From: Macrostomum lignano
Taxonomy: Eukaryota
Length of the DNA: 52,423 bases
Direction of reading: 5' to 3'
Assembly: GCA_002269645.1 (NCBI GenBank)
Contig: NIVC01001876.1
Span: forward strand, 1 to 52,423
Part shown: piece after piece, positions 12,659 to 24,366 of the stretch
Layout of the letters: the number at the start of each line of letters is the position of its first letter
How positions within the stretch are numbered: the first letter of the stretch is position 1
Program-made: the position numbers and the translations under genes
The notes under the pieces: generated by a model
The model's database searches: none
What the model was told of the DNA's origin: nothing
The model's input: only the letters and a program-made list of their open reading frames with translations

Positions 12659-13957
12659 CCATAGTCAGGAAGGTGGCCTCTGAGGGGGAAAATTCCTGCA
12701 CACACAAAGGGTCTTGGCACACATTGGCGCACAAGTGCGGCGCACACAAAGGGTCCTTGCCAAGGACTCCTTGGCGCATTTGGTGCACAATCATGGCGCA
12801 CACTGAGGTCCCTAGCGCATGGGGCACATAATTGCGGCGCATAAGGTCCCTGACATGCATGAAAATTGTAATGCAAATTAACAATTTTACGTAAAATAAA
12901 GGAGATTTGTATAGTCTAGAAAGTCAGTGATAAACTTTTTGCTTCTTTAAAATTAACAGTAAATAAAATTAGTATAAATTATTGCTAAAAACGTCAATTT
13001 TGCATTACTCTATTTGTAGGTATAATTTAAGTTTGTTTAAAATGAAAATATGTGTAACATTTTAAAAAGGCTTTTTGTACGAAGGCCTTTCTTAGAAAAC
13101 TCTACTCGTGAAGAGTGGCGCATAGACAGTGCACAAATGGCGCATAGATGGCGCATAGATGGTGCATAGATGGCGCACAAATCGTCCCAAAAAATTATTC
13201 TGGCGCATACTGTGCCACCTTCCTACCTATATAACTTTTGCTGACACATTTTCAGACAGATCTTCCGACACTTTTTTCCAACACTTAAAATATTGCAAAA
13301 AGTGTCGGAAAAAATGTCGTAACAGCTTTAACTTTCACCAAAACATTTTCAGACAAATCTTCCGACACTTAAAATGTCCCAAAAAGTGTCTAAAAAAGTG
13401 TCGTATGGTTAAATTTTGCCAACACATCTTCCGACACTTGAAATGTCGGTTCTTAGAGCTAGGTGATATATATGTAGCTTGTACTTTTCATGTAAGCTTA
13501 CATGCATATTTGTTAAGTATGCACTACGCAGCAGCCTGTAGTGCACATTTCAATTGTGTTGCGCATCATTTAATTACATTAATTGATATACATATATACA
13601 TAGTATTATGTATTGTCTAGTATTTAGTATTGTCTTTAGTATATAGATATAGCTACCATTTTGTAAATTTAACACTGAAAATATCTCTAATTTAACTATA
13701 TGACACTTTTTCAGACACTTTTTGCAGCATTAATTTAGGTGTTGGAAAATATGTGTCAGCGAATGTCAACAGTTACGACACTTTTTGTGACATTTTGTGT
13801 TGGAAGATCTGTCTGAAAATGTGTCGGTGAAAGTTAAAGCTGTTACGACACTTTTTCTGACACTTTTTGTAACATTTTAAGTGTTGGAAAAAAGTGTCAG
13901 AAGATCTGTCTGAAAATCTGTTGGCGAAAGTTATATAGGTCACCTTCTTGACTATGG
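12659..13957. mobile_element. Non-autonomous DNA transposon (MITE) with 19-bp TIRs and 8-bp TSD; its right TIR is interrupted by a second MITE
   Basis: TSD attagaat at 12651-12658 and 13958-13965. The left TIR ccatagtcaggaaggtggc is reconstituted on the right as gccaccttcct|gactatgg once the inner element is removed. Subterminal ggcgca repeats occur at both ends. Confidence 0.8.
13225..13940. mobile_element. Mutator/foldback-type MITE with long (>140 bp) TIRs and a 9-bp TSD
   Basis: acctatataacttt...ttttcagacagatcttccgacac is mirrored by gtgttggaagatctgtctgaaaa...gaaagttatataggt. TSD caccttcct (13216-13224) and caccttctt (13941-13949), 8/9 match. Confidence 0.85.
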
Positions 13958-16611
13958 ATTAGAATAGCCATGTAAAAAGCCTAAAAATGATAAAAACTTT
14001 AATTAACATGGCTAGGCTCCTAGGTCCTACTATGACAATATCTATTAGCATTATTAGTATAAAAACCACTATTTTGATAAACTTTGTTGGTTTATCAACA
14101 GATAGTCATACCAAATAGAACAATACACCATTATTTAACATTAATAAGAATATAACAAATCAATAAAAATAACACAATATTAAATACTTACAATTCGAGA
14201 TAACATGGAGGGCTTGATTTGAATTGAGTTTTTGTAAATGCAGTGCAACAAATTGTGCAACATTATCATTAGGAAATTTAAGATTATTTGATTGAAGTAC
14301 ATTAAGAATTGATGTTGGGGAATATTAATAAGACTAACTGTTGAGGGGTAAATTTTCATGATGATATACGCCTATGGTCCACTGCTAGGCCTCGAGTGAG
14401 ACTCCTACAGAAATGCCAAAAGAAAAAGGTGACAGGTCTAATCTAATATAAAAAATGTATAGGCCTATTGATTCCTAAAATAAAAGTTGCAATATAGCTA
14501 GTGAAATAATACTAGAGCCCAAATGAAGAAACTGAAGGAAGGAAGTGGGGGCCTAAAGTAAGCTTAGAGCGTAGGCGGTAGGCCTATGTATGTATGCTAT
14601 GGGCTATGGCTATGTGTTCTATGTCTTACTTTGAACCTCTTAAGTTTCAAGGGGAACTATTAAACCAAAAGTATTACAAATAAAGTAAAGGCAAGCCAAA
14701 TTAAACTATAAAGTTATTGTTGCTATAGCTAAATTCTAAATGCGCATTGGCTTCGGAATATCGTTTCTTATATGTCAGTAATGGCGTAATGCCCACATGC
14801 ACGTGGCTGATCGATGTGCGCGCCAACTGCGTATAAAGCTTAACAAATTAAAAATTAAAAATAGAGAAATTATACGAATTCGAAGAAAAAATACTAAAAT
14901 AAACAAAAATCTTCTATTAAGTTAAAATATGACAATATGGTAAATTTCTCTATGACACAGTATTCTAAAGATTTTTTAAATAAGTTTTAGCGCTAGCAAA
15001 TAAACATGTGAAAATATAATCATGTATAAGGTATGTGTATAGATAGCTGACAGCTATAGCTGTATTAAGTTCCGGCCGGTAGAACCATTTCAACCAAGAA
15101 AGAACGACTGGTGCACGAACTGCTGCACCACTCACTGCTGTATTTTCTCACGTCCAAAGACCTTTGTGGTGCAGAGCCGATTTCTTACAGCAGTTTTTCA
15201 TTGCCCTTGCAGCTGAGAAGCTGCAAGAAACACTTACGCACTGGAAATTTGGATAAATCGTTTAGGCAACTTAGTGGGACCTTGTGGTATATCGTAATCT
15301 GCAATACCGAGACGTACATGGACTACTACTGTTTCGACGGTTGGGGTAAGCGTAGGCAATGCCCAAACGTTGGCGTTGGCTATGCTCACGTACGCCTTTC
15401 TGCCAAGGAGATAATTCGAATCGGCTGTGCAAAGACCCCCATACATGTAGCTGCTGCACGCATAATTGAAGACATATAGCGTAGTACGTGTCAAAATCTT
15501 TATTTATAGCCATATAACACCAAAATTATTGCCTATGGACTCTCGACAAAACATACATTGCAAGTCCACACGCTTTTAATCGACACAACACACAGTTATG
15601 GCTGCGCTGGGCTACAGGCCTGCGTTCATGCAAACTGAATTTAGCGGCTTTAGGACGGGCTGCAAAGGCTATAATCACTACATAAACAATGTTACGTTAG
15701 TTACTTTTACTACAAAACTGGCCAGGCCAAAGTCGTGTCTATTTTAAGGCGCATCAACATATGCATACATGTAAATGTATGTAGCTTTTATAGGCTACTG
15801 TGTAAAGTAATACGTAACATTTTCACACTATTCTCTATTGCTCCTCCTAATCATCAGCACACACGTTGTGCTTTAGGGTATAGTCGTCGTTATCCGTCGA
15901 TGTAATGCAAAAGTACATGGTCATGTAGCGACATAATCGATTAGACGCGCGTCGAGAACGCGTCGGCTCACACCGGTACAACTGGCAAGCAATTTATAAT
16001 AATTTACACTGCACGGTAAGAATACACAGCTATTTTAGGTGATTTTAGCTTTTAGGTGAAATAATCTACATTCGAAAAAATGCTGAAGTGTCACACAGCT
16101 TATTACTTATATAGCGTCACTGATTGTCGTCATGTCCTGCACAGATTCAAGATCGACCAACAAGGAACAAAAAGCGCTAGTGGCAGAACAGCACGCTTGA
16201 TAAGGATTAAAAAGCACTATTTTTCATGGCCACGCATTAGTGACGTAAATTACAGTTATATATGCAGAGTCGAAAGTTTGAGCACACATGTGAATACACT
16301 ACTACATTTGAGCACAGCAAAGCATGAAAGATGAATCAATTATGATTTAAAGATTCCCACATAATCTAAGTTTATTATATACAGATCGATCTTAAGCCAT
16401 TCCGCATTACATTCAACTAAATAAAGGTTAGCACTGGTTGGCACTGTACATGCGGAATTGGTTTTCCTTATAGCAACTACCAGTAATAATTATTTGAAAC
16501 TAAATTTGAAGGACGTTGAAGTGAATAAATCTCACTTTCTGGACTTCCGAATTGCAAATGGAGCAAAGTAGCTTATACACGTGTGCGTTTCTTATGAGGT
16601 TGGTATGGCAA

Positions 16612-19600
16612 CTAATTGTAATAGCTACTCCGAGCTTGAGCACGACTGCGCAGTTGACCACTGTAGGCGGCCGAGCTACTCGACGCCAGACGAGTCGATG
16701 CACCGTTTGACCCAAGTGTTCTGGAGCTAGGACCGGCCTGGTGATAGCGATCTGCCTGCGACGCTGCTGTTGGTAGACTCGACGACTTGCTGTTGCTGTC
16801 GCTGCTGGTGCTGGCCCGTTGTAGGCCTTCAACTGCGTCGCGTAGTCTGCGAAGCTCTTCGTCTTTCTCTCGGAGTAAACGCTCGCGTTCCGCTAGAGTC
16901 TTGGTCATCCTGTAGACAGCGCAAAGAGGCGGATAGAAGACAGTTCCACTCGAATCCGCTAATATGGGATAATTGTGCGCCAAATATTGGCTTGAGACGT
17001 GTCGTGCGACTTACAATTCCAAGGCTACAGGCCTCTGTGAGTGCTTGCGTGTGTTCTCACGTACCGTATCTACGGCTAGGGGACAGCAAACTGTAGGCTT
17101 CGGGTTGAACTGTTGCCTTGATTTTCCCAAAAGTTCCCGCCCCCAGCTCTTATACATTTCCTTACAAAAGGGGTCGCAAATTCCGGCCCGGCGGGCCACA
17201 TGCAGCCCGCAAAGCCTCTCCATCCGGACCTCGAGTCCTTTGAAACTTCACAATACCAATCCGACCTGCTCAAGGTTTGAGTCTCTTCTCAGCTCTCCTC
17301 TCTTTAACCACCTCTTCTATTTTCTCTAATCTGTCCTCTGTCTTCTCCTCTCGCCTCTCCTCTTCCTTCTCTCTCCTCTCCTCTCTTTTCTCATATCCCT
17401 TCTCATCTCTACTCTTCTCTCCTCTCCCCTCCTCTCTCTTTTCCTCTGTTCTCTCCTCTCGTATCTTCTCATTTTCCTCGCTTCTCTTTTCTCCTATCTC
17501 TCTTCTCTCCTCTTTATTCCATTTCCTCTTTCCCCTCCTCTTGCCCGCAGTCATGCTCTAGGTTCTCTATCTGGCCCTTGAGGTAAAAAAAGATTGCCGA
17601 CTCCTGCCTTACAAGTTACTGACAAACTAAAAACCAGCAGGACTCTGCGCTTCTTGTAGGCCTTAAACAAATGTTATTACTGGACTACACAAGATTCAGG
17701 CAATGATCAAATACCGACTTGTTGTAAAACCTGCCTCCTAAAGATTTTCCAAGAAATATTGTTTCCCCGTCCTTCTACTTCAGTAGTCCTTGGACGGATG
17801 TTCGGCATAATGTCTTGATCCGTCGGCCTACCCACTTGTCATGGCGACGTCATTTCATGTACGTAGCTAGACGCGTCGTATTATTGTACGGGTTTGTATA
17901 AGACTTACGTAACAAGCGTTGCTTATGTTGGTGCCATGCACTCACCTCGACATTTGCCAGTCGCTCTGCCTCAGTCTGTTGAGCCGAATCTGTTCATAGA
18001 TCACCTCGTGCGTCTTGTCTTTAAAGTCTTCCATGTACATTCTGTTGAATGGATGTTCAAGTATACTTGGTGTTTGTTTTTTCAGGTTCAGTCATTTAGA
18101 TATTCACAATACTTCAGAACTACTGAAAATAGTTATTTTTAAAGGACCTAAAACTTTCTATCATCCCAATTACTTGACGCACTGCACTATTTTGGAGAGT
18201 CCACGGCTTAACCTCCAAATATACTCACATGAGAAGTTCGCGCAGTTTCAAAAAATCGGAGAACTCCGGATTGTCAATATCGACCACTCCCCAGGGATAT
18301 TCTCGCACCCTGGCCCATTGACCGTTGGCATTTTTCACCAGCTGATTGGCGCCAACAACAGCCAACGGCATGCAGCTTCTGAGGCTATCGTACTGATTCC
18401 TCAGGTAGACATCGTCGCCGTGTTGATCGGCTTGGTTGCCGAAGCATTCGTCAAATTCTGGGAGAGTGTACACCGAGATGCCGTGCCGGCTGAGATCCTG
18501 CAGAATCCAGGCTTTCAGGTTCGCCTTCTCGCTTGTCGTCAGAGTGTCGGCTTTGCCAATGACCGGAACAATATTAACCTTGCTGTGCAACGCTTTCAAG
18601 CACATCAGGTCTAACTGCTTCAAACCGCGACTAGACGGATTAATCAAATACAGCAGGGCGTGGACACGTCCGTCCTGCAGTTTGGACCTGTCAGTTCCCT
18701 GTTCCATTCGGTAAAAGTCGTCCAGCTGGCGTTCCACGTAGCTGAGCACTGGCTGCACGCAGCCGTTGCTATCCAGCTCGGTGGCGAATCCGGGCGTGTC
18801 AATCACAGTCAGCCGAACCGTAACTCCGCCTTCTTCCAGCTCGAAGAACCGTTCGCACAGTCTAGTTGTACTGGTGGCATCGCGCTGGCCTCTGACGTAT
18901 TGGCTGCCAAGATTTCGTGTACTCTCAACGTTGAACAAAGAGTCGATCAGGGTGGTCTTGCCGATGCCGCTCTCGCCGACTAGCATCAGCTTGAAGTCGA
19001 AACCGCGCCGAGCAGACTTTTTGCACAGCTGACGCGACAACGAACGGAGCTCGAGGTCGCGACCGCTGAATTCCATGTGACTGGAGGTCCGCTGCACAGG
19101 AGGAACCTGACTGACTGACCAGTCGTCTTCGAGTTGACCGTTCTCGCGAGGAACTGAAAATGTGAGATTGCTTTTCACATGAACAAAAAGTACATGTTGT
19201 TCTTTTGGGCAGTTTAATCTGGCAGAAACACAATTATTTTGCAGGGGCGCCAGCTGCAGAGGAGAGGCGCCAGCTACAGAGGGGAGGCGCCAGCTACAGA
19301 CGGGGCGCCAGCTACGAAACCGCAATATAATTCTTGATAGAGCCACAGAACTATCAAGGTCCCTGAGAATGCCAGCTACTTTAAGCTGGCTGCAACGGGC
19401 TGCTTGTAAGTGGTGAAGTTATCACTCCAGTCAAATTTAGTTAGTCTAATAATTATAAACCTATAACTCGAACTGAGTCAAGCTACGAGTTACATGCAGT
19501 TCGATCCTTAACTACCAGTCTACTTCGTAAACGTAAAAGCCCTAAGATAGTTCTAAGTCTACAAGAACAAACTAAACCAAATTCTTCTTACCGGCACTAC

Positions 19601-19640
19601 CGTGGAAATCATCTGGAGCGACTTGTTGCTGCTGTTGCAT
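16612..19640 (-). CDS. Septin (P-loop GTPase with C-terminal coiled coil), 4 exons
   Basis: Exons 19640-19592 (MQQQQQVAPDDFHGSA), 19153-18229 (RRGFDFKLMLVGESGIGKTT, VIDTPGF, VHALLYLI, IGKADTLT, REYPWG), 18041-17946 (MYMEDFKDKTHEVIYEQIR) and 16909-16612 (LAERERLLREKDEELRRL coiled coil). All junctions are GT-AG with consistent phases 1, 2, 2. Confidence 0.93.
17168..17606. mobile_element. hAT-type MITE in a septin intron, with a CT-rich core
   Basis: Perfect 8-bp TSD ccttacaa (17160-17167 and 17607-17614). Termini aaggggtcgcaaattccggcccg and gattgccgactcctg resemble cagggg tcggcaa-type hAT TIRs. Confidence 0.75.
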
Positions 19641-20685
19641 TCCGGATTCTGAACTATGGTTTAGTTGATCTGCTAGTTCGACACCGCCGCCTTCGCCGTC
19701 GCCTACCTCGTCAGAAAATGACGACTCGGAGGAGTTTTCGACAATTCGATGATTTCTGCAAGCGATGCAATAATATGTTTTCTATAATATCTACTAGAGT
19801 AGGTTCGGCATTATTAACAGGTAATCCCGCTATCCCCATAAAACCAGCTATCTTTGAGCCGGATACGTTAGGTATACCGAAACTTCAAATCATAAACCTA
19901 TAAATTGTTTTATTTGGACTTTATTCAAACAAAATAATGTTTGCTAGCAGTGGGTTAAATTAAAACTAAATTGCACGTTTTTTGTAAGTGTCTGTATACA
20001 TGCCTGATGATGGGACTAGGCTGCTCAAAAATGTCAATGCTAGAACTCTCACCCAACAGAGCCGCTGGGAGACGGCGCTGCAGCAGCACCAGTGACTCTG
20101 GGTTGCGAGCTGACTGCTGCAGTTTCAAGCGCCGAGTTCAACTGCTGCTCAACAAGGCTGCCAGAATGCGACGTGAATGACTCACTATCTGAAGACATTT
20201 GCCCAGTGTGTTTTCCTACTTAATAGACCCTTTTTTTCTATCTATTCTCTCTATACTGAACAGCGCTAGTTTGATTTCAAGTGAATTAAAGTTGTTTGAG
20301 TTTACTCTAATAAAATACACTAAGCTTAAAACTTCTGCGGTTGATTAGTAGGGTCGCTTGGAACGCCTAGCCAAACTTATTTCTAGTCAAATATAAGGCA
20401 GAAGAATGAGAAGACTCAGAACGGAGAATAGTAAACCGACTACACTGTACATTAGTTAGCGATGCTCGAAATTAAGCTAAATGGGTAGAGCATGGTTGTG
20501 CCCATACCGCTATTGTGCTGCCAGCAATGAGTTAAAGACCATAAGCTGCAAGGAGAAGTTTTTGGATGCTCAAAAGAACTACGGGTAGCCACTTCATAAT
20601 TATAAACGCATTTGGTTGATGGTATATAGTGTGCTGGCTGAATTAATTAACGCATTCAGTACTCAATTGGAAACCCAAATGACCA

Positions 20686-22264
20686 TACATACATACATAC
20701 ATGTACACCGCCGCAAAAGAAAGCAAAAGGAAAAGGGGGCAGCACGGGACGGAAGAGCAGAAAAAGGGGGAAAAGAAACGGAAATGTGAGAGCGTGGCGG
20801 CAGTGTCAGAGCACTCTCCTTCTGGCTTGCTCCCTGAAGGCAGCCGCAGCGTTGGTCTGGCCGATGACACCGGCGTCAGCCAGCAGGCAGTCCACGTACC
20901 GGCGCGTCCTGGCCTGCCCTCGGCGCCAGGGGCCCCGCAGCGTGAGCAGCAGGACGTCCTGCACCGGTTCAGGGCAGTAGGTTTCGGCGCGGATCACGTG
21001 GCCCGCCAGCTGCAGCCGCCGCCGCCGGATGGTCTCGCTGGGTGGTCGCAGGCCGGCTCGTCGGTAGAGGGCCGCGTTCGAGACCACCTCAGGGTAGGAG
21101 ATGCCGAAGGCCGCGCGCAGCAGGCTGGAGTGGGCCGCGTCCAGCCGCTTCTCCAGCGTCTCGGTCAGCGTCCACGTCTCGGCGTTGTAAGTCAGGACGG
21201 TCTCGACCACCGCCTGAAACAGCCGAGACCTCAGGCGATCTGGCAGCGCGGCGCTCTGCAGAACAACCCGGACTGAGCGGAAGGCCGCCCAAGCCAGGCC
21301 TCTGCGTCGCGCCAGGTCCTCCTGAACGCTGGGCACCAGACCGCCGAGGTACGTGAAGCGCGTGCAGCGGGGTAGAGGGGCCGCGTGACCGTCTGCGCCG
21401 CGGCAGGTGATATTGGCAGGCAGCTCCGCTGGCACCGTCAGGACCTCCGTCTTGTCGGTGTTAACAACCAGGCCGACCGTAGCCGCTATCGCCACCAGGC
21501 TGTCCAGCATCCGCTGGGCTCCATCCGCCGTGGAGGCCAGCAGCGCCAGGTCGTCGGCATAGCCCAGCAGCGACAGTCTCTTCTCTGGATGGCGGCTGCT
21601 CGTGCGCCTGCACAGCATGAAGCCGTCGGCGTCGGATGGAAGCGCAGTCCGCAGCACCCAGTCGAGGACCAGCACGAACAAGAAGGGCGCTAGCGTGTCG
21701 CCCTGCAGCACTCCAGATGTTGTACTGAATGGGTCCGACAGCCCGTCGGGCGTCACCACGGCGGCTTGAGTGTCCTGGTAGAGCGCCATGACTGCGCTGA
21801 CCAGGCGCTGGGGCACGTGGTAAGCCCGGAGCACCGGCACAAGGGCGCCGCGCGCCACCGAGTCGAACGCCTTTCTGAAGTCAACGAAGACACAGATCAG
21901 CGTCGCCTGGCGGGTGCGCGCCTCCTCGATTGTCCTCCTGAGGGCAAGGATCTGGGTCGCTGTGCCCCGGTGTGGCCGGAAGCCGTTCTGCTCGTGCCGC
22001 AGAAACGGGTCCAGCACCGGTTGCAGCCGCGTCAGCAGGATCTTGTTGAAGAGCTTCGCGGCGCAAGACATCAGCGAGATGCCCCTATGTTCTTCTTTCC
22101 GAGTTGTGCCGGGCTTCTTTGGGATGGGGATCATGTGGGCCGTCGTCCACTCAGTTGGGGCTGCACCCCCGTCAAGTACGCGGTTCATCACACCGGCGAC
22201 CGCACGGGCCACCGGCAGGACTCGCAGCGCCTCGACAGGGATCTCATCCGGGCCGGCCGCTGGT
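20686..22264 (-). mobile_element. 5'-truncated non-LTR retrotransposon (RTE-like) with an uninterrupted reverse transcriptase domain
   Basis: RT motifs RGISLMSC, QNGFRPHRGT, FVDFRKAFDSV, GVLQGDTLAPFLF, YADD and FTYLG. (TATG)n 3' tail at ~20686-20703. 11-bp TSD ccaaatgacca at 20675-20685 and 22265-22275. GC content is much higher than in the flanks. Confidence 0.93.
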
Positions 22265-23230
22265 CCAAATGACCAACAGTTGAGTTGAGAGCATATACCA
22301 GTTTGAATACTGTAGTAGGAGACTGCTGAAGTAGAAATTGTCTGACTCTCGAGAAACGACTCCTCTGATTCGATTTCATTAGCGGCCAGCATTCATTTGG
22401 CGCTTGTGTGCACAAAAAGTCATGAGTGCCTGCCTCCCAAGGCTCGGAGAGTGTACATGCCTGACGATTAGAAAGTCAGAGCCGCTGTACACCCTGCGTG
22501 AGCTGTGTGTATGAGTGCGCATTCAGGCTTGGCTCTAGAATTGCGGGACGATATCATCTGGGTGCTCACTAGCCCTTCAGCGAATAATTAAATATTTGCT
22601 ATATTTTAGTGGGTACATAAGGTAGAGTAGAGTTGACCTGGTAGATGATTAGTACAAGATCGTGTGAAACAATGTAAATACAAACTTCCTATACCTAATA
22701 GCCAATTATTAGCACTGATCATCTTTATTAATTTTTTGGCTGACTTCCGCAAGAATGCACAGTTGTCTTCCGTCTGAACTGCATCGGGGGCACTGGACAG
22801 GTCGCTAAGAAACTCATTCAGAGCTACTCTCGACACACTGCTCCATAACATTCTATTCAAATATAGAGACTGAATTGAAGCAAGTCTGTGCTTTGAAGAA
22901 CCTCTTCTACTTGATCTGATGCACCTCATCTTTTTTATATAATGGGCAAAGCAATTCAGCTTATAGAGAGTTTATTTTAGAATTGCCTAGGCCATGGACG
23001 ACTTAAGTTAAAGACGTCTGGATTGGACGGCAACTGAGAACAGTTGAAATTCACAGAAAGTTGTACAGCTTATTTGATGAATTTTTTTAACATTCTGGTT
23101 AACATTCAAGTTAACACACGCTACTGCACCGTGTGTTAACTTGTTTCGATTGAAAACTACGTACAATAATTTATATTGTGTATTCAACTTCTCACAGGTA
23201 TATTTATTCAACTGTTTATTAGAATTTTCA

Positions 23231-23290
23231 ATTTCACTACTGCCCTGACGATGACCTACAAGGGTCGAAATGCATTGGCAATTAAATTAA
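23231..23290 (+). ncRNA. Minimal type I hammerhead ribozyme motif (Penelope/retrozyme type)
   Basis: Stem I TGCC (23241-44)/GGCA (23277-80); core CTGACGA (23245-51) plus one inserted T; stem II GACC-tacaag-GGTC; GAAA (23267-70); palindromic stem III ATGCAT; predicted cleavage after AUU at 23276. Confidence 0.7.
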
Positions 23291-23730
23291 AGTAAAAAAC
23301 GAGTTAATGCTTGTTCTCTCATCCATTTTTTAACATTCTTTTAGCTTCCGTTTTGCGATAAATTGTAAATTGTTCCGCCTTCAGAGTCGGCCATATCGAG
23401 TCGTATGATTAGTTCTATCGACGCCCTACCGACGTCCTATAGCCTAAATATAGTTTCTACATTCTTGGATTGAAACGCTTTTTTCTAGCCTCTTGCAAAG
23501 ACGAGTCTAGATTCGTTATTCAATTTTAGTATTCCTTGTGGCTTCAAGTACAATGCCGCGTACGTGCCTTAGTCCCTAGGCAACGGAGTAATGAGAATGA
23601 GAAAGGAAAACATTCCGCAGATAGAGCATAGCTGAGAATAAAATGCGAGATCGCAAGGAAAAGAGCAGCTGCATTGGGGCAGGCAGTTTGAAATTCGTTG
23701 GCAGCAAATTCTACACCCGAGCATAATCGC

Positions 23731-24366
23731 ATGGCATCTTATCACGGACTCAAGGAGCCCGAGAATGTCGGCTACTACGCCGTGATCCGCTTCGGCAAAG
23801 ACATCGCCTACAACTATCACAACAGCATCAAGCGTATTGCTTCGATTATTCAGCGGAGTCACAACGGTCAGGACTGCGCCTTCCTGCCAGACGTGCAGCT
23901 AATCGAAGGCGAGGATCGTCGACAATACGGCTACGGTTTGTTGTACTTTCCCAGCTTCGAAGCGGCTAAATATTGGTATGAGTGCACTAATGAGGTGCGA
24001 CAGCAGGACTGGCTCTGGTCGGCCGCGATTCTCCTGGTCCCGGCTAGAGGCGCCTTCGACAAAGCAATGTCCGTTGTGGAGATCAACGATTGGTCCGACT
24101 TCCGAGATCAGACGGCGTTTGAGAACGAGTACTTGGCCGAGTTGAACGATCCAAGCGACGGCCGATGGAATGTGGTGGCCTGTCCGGACTATCTGCAGTA
24201 CAGGCTGCGCAGCAGCTGGAGCCCGAAGTACCTGGTCATCAACCAGTGGCCAGACGTTGAGGCTTGGCGGAGATATCGCCAGGCTAACGGAGTCCGGGTG
24301 CATCATTTCGCGCTGACCGCCGCCACAGGCACCGTGGCTGTGGGAGTGAATCTTAATGTTCACTGA
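23731..24366 (+). CDS. Tandem DUF1330-like (dimeric alpha-beta barrel) protein, intronless
   Basis: Two repeats resembling DUF1330: VQLIEGEDRRQYGYGLLYFPSFEAAKYWYE and DQTAFENEY...WSPKYLVINQWPDVEAWRRY. First true ATG is at 23731. Codon usage is GC3-rich and coding-like. Confidence 0.7.
   Translation: MASYHGLKEPENVGYYAVIRFGKDIAYNYHNSIKRIASIIQRSHNGQDCAFLPDVQLIEGEDRRQYGYGLLYFPSFEAAKYWYECTNEVRQQDWLWSAAILLVPARGAFDKAMSVVEINDWSDFRDQTAFENEYLAELNDPSDGRWNVVACPDYLQYRLRSSWSPKYLVINQWPDVEAWRRYRQANGVRVHHFALTAATGTVAVGVNLNVH

Noticed and set aside
15060-15520. Overlapping ORFs at 15111, 15234 and 15271 as a gene or as the missing SUV39H first exon
   Set aside because: No recognisable domain, and no ATG-to-donor exon of suitable phase could be supported; possibly a decayed element.
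19154-19346. N-terminal 64 aa of ORF 18225-19346 as part of the septin
   Set aside because: It is intron read-through containing a small ggcgccagctaca repeat; a proper acceptor at 19154 joins in phase to exon 19640-19592.
20701-22288. Plus-strand ORFs (20701, 21042, 21385, 21766, 21914)
   Set aside because: They are antisense shadows of the GC-rich RT ORF.
22606-22929. 107-aa minus-strand ORF upstream of the LINE
   Set aside because: No motif or splice structure that I can support.
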